From: Oscillospiraceae bacterium
GTDB taxonomy: Bacteria > Bacillota > Clostridia > Oscillospirales > Ruminococcaceae
Direction of reading: 5' to 3'
NCBI GenBank assembly: GCA_031280965.1
Contig: JAITFZ010000015.1
Span: forward strand, 78,323-142,322
Length of the DNA stretch: 64,000 bases
The stretch's first letter is position 1. Every line of letters begins with the position of its first letter. Of this stretch, positions 1-8,050 are shown piece by piece. The translations under genes and the position numbers were made by a program. The notes beneath the pieces are model-generated. The model did not search any database and was not told where the DNA came from. It saw nothing but the letters and a program-made list of their open reading frames with translations.

Positions 1-1
1 G

Positions 2-682
2 CGGGTTTCTTCACGGATTATCAGAGGTGTTAATCCTGAAACTTTTTCTGCCGGTGTTGTTATTCCGCATGGCGGAGAAAATCCGCACATAACGGAAACG
101 CGCCCTCTGCGTGAGGAGCGCTCTGTCCGGCGTTCTTCAAATCCGGCAAGCGATGAAGGCGTGAAGATTTACAGCGTTAAAACCAAGGAACCGGAAAAGC
201 GCGAAGAATACGTTAAAGTCTTTAAGCCTAAGAAAGCGCCGCGGAGTTCAGCACCTGCATCTCCCGTTATATCAACGCCTGACTATGCGCCGGCGCATGA
301 GCCGGTTTCTGTGCCGAAAAAGCGCGAGGAGAGCATACAGGAAAAGCCCCGTATACCCGCATTCACAGCGCCGCAGAGCCAGGCGGCATCAACTTCGGTG
401 CCGTCATTAAGTATTCCTAAACCGCCGGATAAGACTGAACCGGAAAGATTGCGTGATTATTCCGCACAAAGAACCTATGCGTCACAAAAAAATGAAGAAA
501 CGCAGGAAATAGGTTTTCACGATATACTTCGCGGTCTGGAACGCAGGGATGGTTTTTCAGATGATAATATTCCCACAGATTCGGAAGGTATGCCTGTTTC
601 GCACAAGACAAAAAGGGTTATGGACGCTATATTTAAGCAGTCGAAGCCGAGTCTTTTTGTGAATATAAACAAAGACGACTAA
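2..682 (+). CDS. hypothetical Pro/Ser/Glu-rich protein, 5' end outside the window
   Basis: The frame of ORF 161..682 is open back to position 2, so the listed GTG start is internal. Low-complexity, probably disordered; no family recognised. Confidence 0.7.
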   Translation, partial: RVSSRIIRGVNPETFSAGVVIPHGGENPHITETRPLREERSVRRSSNPASDEGVKIYSVKTKEPEKREEYVKVFKPKKAPRSSAPASPVISTPDYAPAHEPVSVPKKREESIQEKPRIPAFTAPQSQAASTSVPSLSIPKPPDKTEPERLRDYSAQRTYASQKNEETQEIGFHDILRGLERRDGFSDDNIPTDSEGMPVSHKTKRVMDAIFKQSKPSLFVNINKDD

Positions 683-701
683 AAGCGTAAAATTAAACAT
701 C

Positions 702-730
702 AGAGGGTATACATATTTTGTATACCCTCT
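702..730. terminator. hairpin between convergent genes, likely bidirectional terminator
   Basis: Perfect 12-bp inverted repeat AGAGGGTATACA-tattt-TGTATACCCTCT. Confidence 0.65.
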
Positions 731-761
731 AAATTTCTGCAATTTGCCGCTCTTTTCTGTA

Positions 762-842
762 TTATACTAAAATCCAATAAACGAGTTTATTGAATTTTAG
801 GGATGGCGCTGTTATCCATTTCTTAAATGGATAACAGTATTA
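762..842. repeat. modular intergenic repeat, copy 1 (TTATACTAAAATCCA...AACAGTATTA)
   Basis: First ~52 nt nearly identical to 16021-16072; both ends shared with 31421-31448; two internal hairpins. Confidence 0.75.
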
Positions 843-1472
843 ATACCTGTAAATCCTCTTTCTGTTATAATACTTAAACACGAACGGCGCCGCTGTTCCC
901 GCCCCTGCAATCAGCAAAATCAAGATAACGAGCGGAATTATACCCGCATTGGAAGGACTTCTGCCCTCGGAATCATCTGCGTTTTCGGGGCTGTCGCTTT
1001 CTTCCGGTGTATTATTGTCGTTGGGCGGGGTTGTAACGTTGGGCGGAGGTTCATCCGATGTATCATCATCTGTATTATTTATATCGTTTATATCGTTTGT
1101 GTCGCTATTATCGGGCGGTATCGGCGTGGTTGGTGCAGTTGTCGGAGATGTCGGCGTAGTAGTAGTAGTTGTTGTTGTCGTGGTTGTTGTATTGGGTGGC
1201 GGTGTGAAGTCGGGGGGCGGTTCAGGCTCCGGCTCCGGCTCGGGTTCCGGCTCCGGCTCGGGTTCCGGCTCGGGCTCCGGCTCCGGCTCGGGTTCCGGTT
1301 CGGGCTCCGGTTCGGGCTCGGGTTCCGGCTCGGGTTCCGGCTCGGGTTCCGGTTCCGGCTCATTATCAATCACCGGAGTTTCATTATCATACTCGCCATC
1401 GGTTGCATACGAACCGATAGTGAGTACTGTCAGCAGGATACAGATTAATATAGCCGAAATGATTTTTTTCAT
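840..1472 (-). CDS. membrane-anchored surface protein with (EP)24 and poly-Thr stalk
   Basis: N-terminal signal peptide [14 protein letters not shown]..., 24 EP pairs (1218-1361), Thr run, acidic linker, C-terminal TM helix and basic tail. Confidence 0.85.
   Translation of the reverse strand: MKKIISAILICILLTVLTIGSYATDGEYDNETPVIDNEPEPEPEPEPEPEPEPEPEPEPEPEPEPEPEPEPEPEPEPEPEPEPEPPPDFTPPPNTTTTTTTTTTTTPTSPTTAPTTPIPPDNSDTNDINDINNTDDDTSDEPPPNVTTPPNDNNTPEESDSPENADDSEGRSPSNAGIIPLVILILLIAGAGTAAPFVFKYYNRKRIYRY
1218..1361 (-). repeat. 6-nt coding tandem repeat (Glu-Pro)24
   Basis: GGCTCC/GGTTCC/GGCTCG/GGTTCG hexamer array on the + strand, varying only at synonymous positions. Confidence 0.95.
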
Positions 1473-1473
1473 T

Positions 1474-2916
1474 TTAATACGCCTTTCCCCAAATCACCAT
1501 ATTTACCGCCGGCTTCCCGCAACAGACGCAGGTATCGGAAACTTGCTCCTGCTGAATCGGCATACAACGCGAGCCCGCGCCTGTTTTTTCTTTTACCTCA
1601 TCTTCGCAGGCTTCTTCGCCGCACCACATAGCCTTGACGAAACCATCGCCTTTTTCCGTAAGCGCCGTGCTAATCTCATCAATATTTTTACATATATATG
1701 TCCGCACTTCTGTATTTTTAAGCGACTTATCGTAAATGCCTTTGGCGAGTGCGTTTATCAGCTCCGTTATTGAATCTTCAAGCTTATCAAGCGAAACGAA
1801 GGCTTTCTCTCTCGTGTCGCGGCGGACGATTACGCATTGGTTTTGTTCAATATCCTTGGGCCCGATTTCAAGACGCAACGGTACGCCTTTCATTTCGTAT
1901 TCCGCGAATTTCCAGCCTGCCGAATTATCGCTGTCGTCAAGTTTAACGCGCCGCCCCGCTTTTTTCAGCCGCGCTTCAAGCTCCCGCGCTTTTTCAAGAA
2001 CTCCTTCTTTATGCTGGGCAACGGGGATTATAACTACTTGAATCGGCGCTATTGCCGGCGGCAGAACTAAGCCGGAATCATCGCCGTGCGACATTATAAC
2101 CGCGCCGATAAGCCGCGTACTTACTCCCCACGAGGACTGATGAACGTATTCGAGTTTATTGTCCTTGCTTGTGTAGGTTATGTCGAAAGCACGGGCGAAC
2201 CCGTCTCCGAAGTCGTGGGTGGTTCCCGCCTGAAGCGCCTTTCCGTCATGCATAAGCGCTTCGATGCAATATGTCGCAACAGCACCCGCAAATTTATCGC
2301 TTTCGGTTTTTTTGCCTTTGATTACCGGCATATTAAGCGAATCCTCGCAGAAGCCCGCATAAACGTCAAGCATACGTTCGGCTTCTTCAATTGCTTCCTC
2401 GGCGGTTGCGTGGGCGGTATGCCCCTCCTGCCACAGGAACTCGCGTGAGCGCAGAAACGGGCGGGTGGTCTTTTCCCAGCGCACAACCGAACACCATTGG
2501 TTGTAAAGCTTAGGTAAATCGCGGTAGGATGAAACAATTTGCTTGTAATGTTCGCAGAACAGCACCTCCGAAGTCGGGCGTACACAAAGCCGCTCGGTCA
2601 GCAGTTCACTGCCGCCGTGCGTCACCCATGCGACTTCCGGCGCGAATCCTTCAATGTGGTCTTTTTCTTTGTTCAGCAAACTCTCCGGTATGAACATAGG
2701 CATATAAACATTCTCGTGCCCTGTTTCTTTGAAGCGGTCATCGAGAATTCGCTGTATATTCTCCCAAATCGCATAGCCGTAAGGCCGTATAACCATACAG
2801 CCCTTAACGCCCGAATAACCGATTAAGTCAGCTTTCAGAACTATATCGGTGTACCATTTGGCGAAATCTTCTGAGCGTTCGGTTATATCCTGTACTAATT
2901 TTTTGTTTTCTGACAT
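1474..2916 (-). CDS. proS: prolyl-tRNA synthetase (archaeal/eukaryote-like type, no INS editing domain)
   Basis: Motifs [45 protein letters not shown] and C-terminal Zn-type C...C..C..AY; start MSENKK at 2916 with GAAGGA RBS. Confidence 0.97.
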   Translation of the reverse strand: MSENKKLVQDITERSEDFAKWYTDIVLKADLIGYSGVKGCMVIRPYGYAIWENIQRILDDRFKETGHENVYMPMFIPESLLNKEKDHIEGFAPEVAWVTHGGSELLTERLCVRPTSEVLFCEHYKQIVSSYRDLPKLYNQWCSVVRWEKTTRPFLRSREFLWQEGHTAHATAEEAIEEAERMLDVYAGFCEDSLNMPVIKGKKTESDKFAGAVATYCIEALMHDGKALQAGTTHDFGDGFARAFDITYTSKDNKLEYVHQSSWGVSTRLIGAVIMSHGDDSGLVLPPAIAPIQVVIIPVAQHKEGVLEKARELEARLKKAGRRVKLDDSDNSAGWKFAEYEMKGVPLRLEIGPKDIEQNQCVIVRRDTREKAFVSLDKLEDSITELINALAKGIYDKSLKNTEVRTYICKNIDEISTALTEKGDGFVKAMWCGEEACEDEVKEKTGAGSRCMPIQQEQVSDTCVCCGKPAVNMVIWGKAY

Positions 2917-2950
2917 TGTTACAATCCTTCTTTTCTTTTTCTCAAAGAAT

Positions 2951-2992
2951 ATTATAGCATAATTGACAGCGGGTGTCAATTCATGCTATAAT
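2951..2992. promoter_or_regulatory. palindromic bidirectional sigmaA promoter (proS / ycxB-like gene)
   Basis: + strand TTGACA(2963)-18-TATAAT(2987); - strand TTGACA(2979)-17-TATAAT(2956); both with TGn extended -10. Confidence 0.85.
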
Positions 2993-3024
2993 AATTTATA
3001 GTATTTTCTTAGGGGGGAATCTTT

Positions 3025-3897
3025 ATGGCATTCGAGTCGCTTCCCGGAGTTAAGGTTGTTTCACACGCTACGGAGCAAACCTTCATAATCGGCGATTTTT
3101 TCGCTGTTTACTTAAAGGGCGATGAAATACCGACCATTTATCGCTGGGCTGAGGTTAAATCAATATCCGAAAGCAGAGCGGACTTCACGGTTTGTCTGAG
3201 CGGCATTACTTATAAAATAATGAAAACCTGTATTCCCGATGAAAAAAAGCAGCTTAATCTGCGCGGCGTATTTGAGGGCGCGGTTCATTTCAACCCCGCT
3301 ATCGAATATAATCACCCGAAACGCATTCTCCCGCCAAAATACCTTTATTTGAACGGAAACATGAACGAGGCGCCTTATATAGTCAACGGCGTTTACAGGG
3401 AACGGGAAATCAATTTCAGCAATGTTATACTGCTCAACACCCGCCTCGGAAGAATTTTTAAAATTGTCGCCTTTCTCTCAATTATAACTGTGTTCATTAT
3501 TTTGCACTTTACAATCGAGGGCGGAATAAGGCATAACTGGTTTTGGTTTATTCCCATTTCGGTTTTCTCGGGCGGGATTGCGGTTATGCTCATTTACTTA
3601 ATCTGCGCCATAATCGCGAACTACCACTTCGCCTACCTTTTTAAGAATGATGTCGCTATCAACGAGGAAATAACTTTTGCAGTCTCGTCGGACGGATTTT
3701 CCGCCGTGGAGAGCCACCTTCACACCGGCTGTGAATTTATACCGTGGATGGAAGCAAACTATTTTATAGAAACCAATTCTGTTTTTATAGTATATAAGCA
3801 TAAGAAGGCTGTTTTTTGGTTGCCTAAGCGGCTGTTTTCCAAGGAAATCCAGACCGAAATTTCCAACTTTATACACGCAAGGCTCGTTCAAAAATAA
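3025..3897 (+). CDS. YcxB-like membrane protein (two YcxB/PH-like repeats around two TM helices)
   Basis: C-terminal W...YFIET..VFIVY......FWLPKRLF pattern typical of YcxB; similar N-terminal RWAEVKSISE...KIMK segment. Confidence 0.65.
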   Translation: MAFESLPGVKVVSHATEQTFIIGDFFAVYLKGDEIPTIYRWAEVKSISESRADFTVCLSGITYKIMKTCIPDEKKQLNLRGVFEGAVHFNPAIEYNHPKRILPPKYLYLNGNMNEAPYIVNGVYREREINFSNVILLNTRLGRIFKIVAFLSIITVFIILHFTIEGGIRHNWFWFIPISVFSGGIAVMLIYLICAIIANYHFAYLFKNDVAINEEITFAVSSDGFSAVESHLHTGCEFIPWMEANYFIETNSVFIVYKHKKAVFWLPKRLFSKEIQTEISNFIHARLVQK

Positions 3898-3936
3898 AAT
3901 GTAAGGGCGTAAAGTACGCGCCCGAAAGGGAATCTT

Positions 3937-5403
3937 ATGAACCCCATTATCAATACTTATCAGATGAACGTCGGTAATCGTGAATTCCTTTTGGCTGATG
4001 TTTCAAGGACGCCCGGCGTAATCGGAACAACAAAAATAACCCACGCAACCGCCCATCCGCTGGAGCGCCCGCCTGTTACGGAATTGCTCTACGTCAGCGA
4101 TGAAGCAATCATTAACATGACAAGACCGGCAAAAGGCGATGAGTTCACAAATAAATTAATACATCAAATCAGCACGATTTCTATTTGTGATGATAATATA
4201 AAGACGATTCTTTCAACGGTAAGCGATAACTACTTCACTTACTCGCAAAGTATGGCGAAGTCGCTTCAGCCTTTCTTTGAGCTGTTGTCCGAGGGTATTT
4301 ATGTCTGTCATGAATCTAAGATGATTCCAAGCAACGGCGCCGGGAATTTTTTCTGGTCAGCTTATACAATTAGGCATGAATTCAGCGGAAGCGCGACTCA
4401 CAGCCGTGCAATGGGCAAGGAAAGTAATTATATCCCCTGCTTCCTGATTCCGACAAAAAACCCTTCCGAATTCACCGACTCTAAAGTTAAGGCTCAGCGG
4501 GAGAAGTTAATGATGAGTAAAAAAGTCGGCGGACTTGCCTATCACGTATCGGGTATGTTCTCGGCTTTGCTTGACGGTCATCATAGCGCCGCCGCCTGTC
4601 TTTTAAATGACACAGACTTCAAATGCTTAGTTATTGAGCCGCTGCGCGACTTTCTTTACGAAAGCCCGGAACAGGCGCTCGAATACGACAGGGAACCGCG
4701 TATTATCGCGCTTTCCTGCCCTTATGTAAAAATCCCTATAGAACAAATACCTCCCGCAATCCTTGAAAGCCTTCTGTTGCGAAGAAATGGCGTCCGTCCT
4801 AAGCATTACGCCGAACTAAGAAAAAAAGCGGGTAAATCCCTGCGAACCGTCAACAGAAAATCTATTCCGCGTGAAATATTGCTAAAGGCAGAGCTTCTCC
4901 CCGACAACGCCGCTGTTGAATCGGCTCATGCCGTCACGGAACTCACCGATGAGCAACTTGGCGCGCTTCTTGCCGGCGAAATTAAATATGAGGATAAAAT
5001 AATTATCTCGCAGAATTATTATAACAGCGTAATAACCGCCTGCAATTATCTGCAATACGAAGATTTTGACCGTTTCTTTAAGTTTGCGTTCGCTATTATT
5101 GATAACACTGACCTGATAGCTACGCATAAGTATATTATAGAGCGACTTTGCGGGATTAATAACAAAAAAATCCACGATTTCTTCGTAGCTTTGATAGAGC
5201 GGGACGACCCTATATATCAAAATTATGTCCCGCAATTAGATGTATATATCAAAAATTACGATAAATATATCAGCGATGCTTTAATTGATAAGGAAAACAA
5301 AGCAAAACAGCTTAACAGGGCAAAGAGCCTGCTCGGCGGGGAGATGGGCGAAGCGGGAATTGCTCAGATGGAGGCTATCGTGAAGGCTTCAAGGCGCGGG
5401 TAA
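3937..5403 (+). CDS. hypothetical protein, 488 aa
   Basis: Long ORF with AAGGGA RBS; contains ALLDGHH motif; no confident family. Confidence 0.8.
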   Translation: MNPIINTYQMNVGNREFLLADVSRTPGVIGTTKITHATAHPLERPPVTELLYVSDEAIINMTRPAKGDEFTNKLIHQISTISICDDNIKTILSTVSDNYFTYSQSMAKSLQPFFELLSEGIYVCHESKMIPSNGAGNFFWSAYTIRHEFSGSATHSRAMGKESNYIPCFLIPTKNPSEFTDSKVKAQREKLMMSKKVGGLAYHVSGMFSALLDGHHSAAACLLNDTDFKCLVIEPLRDFLYESPEQALEYDREPRIIALSCPYVKIPIEQIPPAILESLLLRRNGVRPKHYAELRKKAGKSLRTVNRKSIPREILLKAELLPDNAAVESAHAVTELTDEQLGALLAGEIKYEDKIIISQNYYNSVITACNYLQYEDFDRFFKFAFAIIDNTDLIATHKYIIERLCGINNKKIHDFFVALIERDDPIYQNYVPQLDVYIKNYDKYISDALIDKENKAKQLNRAKSLLGGEMGEAGIAQMEAIVKASRRG

Positions 5404-5442
5404 AACCATACCCGGCGCTGTCGGAAAGGGGACTATATAAGC

Positions 5443-6768
5443 ATGGACATAAAAATAACCCCGCAGAAATTAACGGGAGAAATCGCGGCGATTACATCAA
5501 AATCAGCGGCACACCGTGCTTTAATCTGCGCGGCGCTCAGCAAAGAAAAAACAAGAATAAGCTTCAGGGATAACTCAAAAGATATAAGCGCCACGATTGA
5601 CTGCCTTTCGGCAATGGGCGCGGGGATTACGGGCGGCATTGATTTTTTTGATGTTTCGGGAATAACACAAAAAAAGAACGCGCCTGTTATTGACTGTAAA
5701 GAAAGCGGCTCAACCTTTAGGTTTTTACTGCCTCTGTCTGCAATTCTATGCAATAACGCAAAGTTTATCGGTGAGGGGCGGCTTCCGGAACGACCTATTG
5801 CAGACTTACTGAATACACTCCGCGCTAACGGCGTGAATTTTTCAGCGGATAAACTGCCTTTTGAGGTTTCGGGCGAGCTTAAAAACGGCGAATATATTCT
5901 GCCCGGAAACATCAGCTCGCAGTTTGTGAGCGGATTGCTTTTCGCACTGCCGCTACTAAGCGGCGACAGCATAATCAGGCTTACTTCTCCGCTTGAGTCT
6001 AAAGCTTATGCCGACATGACAGTGAATATGTTAAAAAACTTTGGAATCGGAATAACTCAAAGCGAAGATGGTTACATAGTCAAAGGCGGTCAAAAGTATC
6101 AATCCTGCCCGGAACATGTTATTAAACAATCAACGGCACACTCGACAGAGGTTGAAAACGACTGGTCAAACGCGGCGTTTTTCTTAGCGGCGGGAGCGCT
6201 TTCAAGCGGGGGAAAGGGCGTTTGTGTAACCGGTTTAGACATGGATTCTGCACAGGGCGATAAAAAAATAGTTAAACTGTTAAAAGAATTCGGTGCCGAT
6301 GTTGAAATAACAGATATATGGTCAGGCAAAGATAAAAAAACTATGATTTTTGTCTCGCCGAATGAACTCGAAGGGCTCGAAACAGATGTTTCGGAAATAC
6401 CGGATTTACTGCCTATTTTAGCTGTAATCAGCGCATTTGCGAAAGGGCAGACAACACTTTATAATGCTTCGCGGTTACGCTTGAAAGAAAGCGACCGCTT
6501 ATCAAGCGTGTGCGAGATGCTTCGCGCCCTCGGCGCCGATGCCGAAGAAAAGCCGGACGCTCTTATTATAACAGGCGGCGGCAATCTCAAAGGCGGCATC
6601 GCCGATAGTAAGGGCGACCACAGAATCGCTATGTCGGCGGCTGTTTGCGCGTGTTTTTGTGAAGGCGAGGTCATAATTAAGGGCGCGGAAGCCGTGGAAA
6701 AATCATATCCGCGGTTCTTTGAGGATTTCGCGAAATTAGGAGGTAATTATGTCGTCTGTGTTCGGTAA
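5443..6768 (+). CDS. aroA: 3-phosphoshikimate 1-carboxyvinyltransferase (EPSP synthase)
   Basis: SKSAAHRALI, ESGSTFRF, ISSQFVSGLL, LRLKESDRL and DHRIAM motifs. Confidence 0.96.
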   Translation: MDIKITPQKLTGEIAAITSKSAAHRALICAALSKEKTRISFRDNSKDISATIDCLSAMGAGITGGIDFFDVSGITQKKNAPVIDCKESGSTFRFLLPLSAILCNNAKFIGEGRLPERPIADLLNTLRANGVNFSADKLPFEVSGELKNGEYILPGNISSQFVSGLLFALPLLSGDSIIRLTSPLESKAYADMTVNMLKNFGIGITQSEDGYIVKGGQKYQSCPEHVIKQSTAHSTEVENDWSNAAFFLAAGALSSGGKGVCVTGLDMDSAQGDKKIVKLLKEFGADVEITDIWSGKDKKTMIFVSPNELEGLETDVSEIPDLLPILAVISAFAKGQTTLYNASRLRLKESDRLSSVCEMLRALGADAEEKPDALIITGGGNLKGGIADSKGDHRIAMSAAVCACFCEGEVIIKGAEAVEKSYPRFFEDFAKLGGNYVVCVR

Positions 6769-7792
6769 CAATATAAAGGTTTCAATCTTCGGGGAATCGC
6801 ACGGAACGGCGATTGGCGCGGTCATCGACGGACTACCGGCAGGGGAGGAAATTGACGGGGATGAGCTTGCCGCCTTCATGGCGCGCCGCGCTCCCGGCAA
6901 CGCACTTACCACACCCCGTAAAGAAAGCGACACACCGGAATTTATGTCGGGTATTTACAAAGGTAAAACAACCGGCGCACCCGTTTGTGTAATCATCGGA
7001 AATACGAATGTGCGTTCTGAGGATTATAAGAAAATCAACAATATTCCGCGCCCCGGTCATGCTGATTATACGGCGCGGATAAAATATTCGGGTAACGCCG
7101 ATATGAGGGGCGGCGGGCATTTTTCGGGGCGGCTGACAGCGCCGCTTTGTGCGGCGGGGGGAATTGCGCTTCAGGTTCTGAAAAGGCGCGGAATAATTAT
7201 TAACGCGCATATAGTTTCAATCGGCGGGCTTGAAAACATCACGGAAGAAAATGTGAAGAAGCTGATTGAAAGCCTTGACGGCGATTCTGTCGGCGGAATA
7301 ATCGAGTGTTCCGCTGTCGGGCTTCCCGCAGGACTCAGCGCCGGAGCAGGCGGTATTTTCGGACTGGAAAGCGCACTTTCTGCCGCGATTTTCGGAATCC
7401 CCGCAGTCAAAGGCGTTGAATTCGGCTCGGGATTTGAGGGCAGCAGGAAAAAAGGCAGCGAGAATAACGATGCGTTTGTTATTAAAGACGGCAGTGTAGT
7501 TACCGCTACTAACAATCACGGCGGGCTTCTCGGCGGGATTACAACAGGGATGCCGTTAGTTTTCAGGGCGGCTTTTAAGCCCACGCCTTCAATTGCGCTC
7601 GAACAGGACAGTATAGACCTTGTCACTCTTGAAAGCGTTAAGCTTAAAATCGAAGGCAGGCACGACCCCTGCATAGTAATGCGCGCCGCGCCCGTTGTTG
7701 AAGCTGTTACGGCGTTGGTTTTACTTGATACAATGCACGGTTCGCCTGAAAGGAAGCAATATGGATTTACAACAAATCAGAAAAGAAATTGA
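6749..7792 (+). CDS. aroC: chorismate synthase
   Basis: FGESHG, RPGHAD, GGGHFSGRLTA, KPTPSI and GRHDPC motifs. Confidence 0.96.
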   Translation: MSSVFGNNIKVSIFGESHGTAIGAVIDGLPAGEEIDGDELAAFMARRAPGNALTTPRKESDTPEFMSGIYKGKTTGAPVCVIIGNTNVRSEDYKKINNIPRPGHADYTARIKYSGNADMRGGGHFSGRLTAPLCAAGGIALQVLKRRGIIINAHIVSIGGLENITEENVKKLIESLDGDSVGGIIECSAVGLPAGLSAGAGGIFGLESALSAAIFGIPAVKGVEFGSGFEGSRKKGSENNDAFVIKDGSVVTATNNHGGLLGGITTGMPLVFRAAFKPTPSIALEQDSIDLVTLESVKLKIEGRHDPCIVMRAAPVVEAVTALVLLDTMHGSPERKQYGFTTNQKRN

Positions 7793-8033
7793 TATACTTG
7801 ACGACCAAATCGCCGCGCTTTTTAATAAGCGCATGGAAGTTGTAAAGAAGGTCGCCTTATACAAAAAGCGGACGGGTACAGGCATCGCCGACAGCAACCG
7901 CGAAGCGGAAATCATCGGGCGTGTTTGCGCGGGTGAAAACGCCAAGCTTTTGCGTGATGTTTTTACGGCTGTATTTAAAGCAAGCAGGGACGAGCAAAGC
8001 CGGCTTATCGAAGCCGGCAAAAATAAACTATAG
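7761..8033 (+). CDS. monofunctional chorismate mutase (AroQ/CM_2 type)
   Basis: MDLQQIRKEIDILDDQIAALFNKRMEVVKKVALYK...REAEII; start at 7761 after AAGGAAG RBS; follows aroC. Confidence 0.9.
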   Translation: MDLQQIRKEIDILDDQIAALFNKRMEVVKKVALYKKRTGTGIADSNREAEIIGRVCAGENAKLLRDVFTAVFKASRDEQSRLIEAGKNKL

Positions 8034-8050
8034 TTTATGCTCGAAATCCA

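Noticed and set aside
1218-1361. Hexamer array, and the 24-nt array at ~30900-31010, as CRISPR or VNTR non-coding repeats
   Set aside because: No unique spacers, in-frame inside proteins with synonymous variation, and no cas genes.
949-1773. 274-aa Gly-Ser repeat ORF on the + strand
   Set aside because: Antisense shadow of the (EP)n gene and the proS 3' end; the - strand ORF has the signal peptide, RBS and TM anchor.
6749-7792. Short central loop in AroC (SIGG...GDSVGG) as pseudogenisation
   Set aside because: Frame intact and all catalytic motifs present; this loop is variable in the family.
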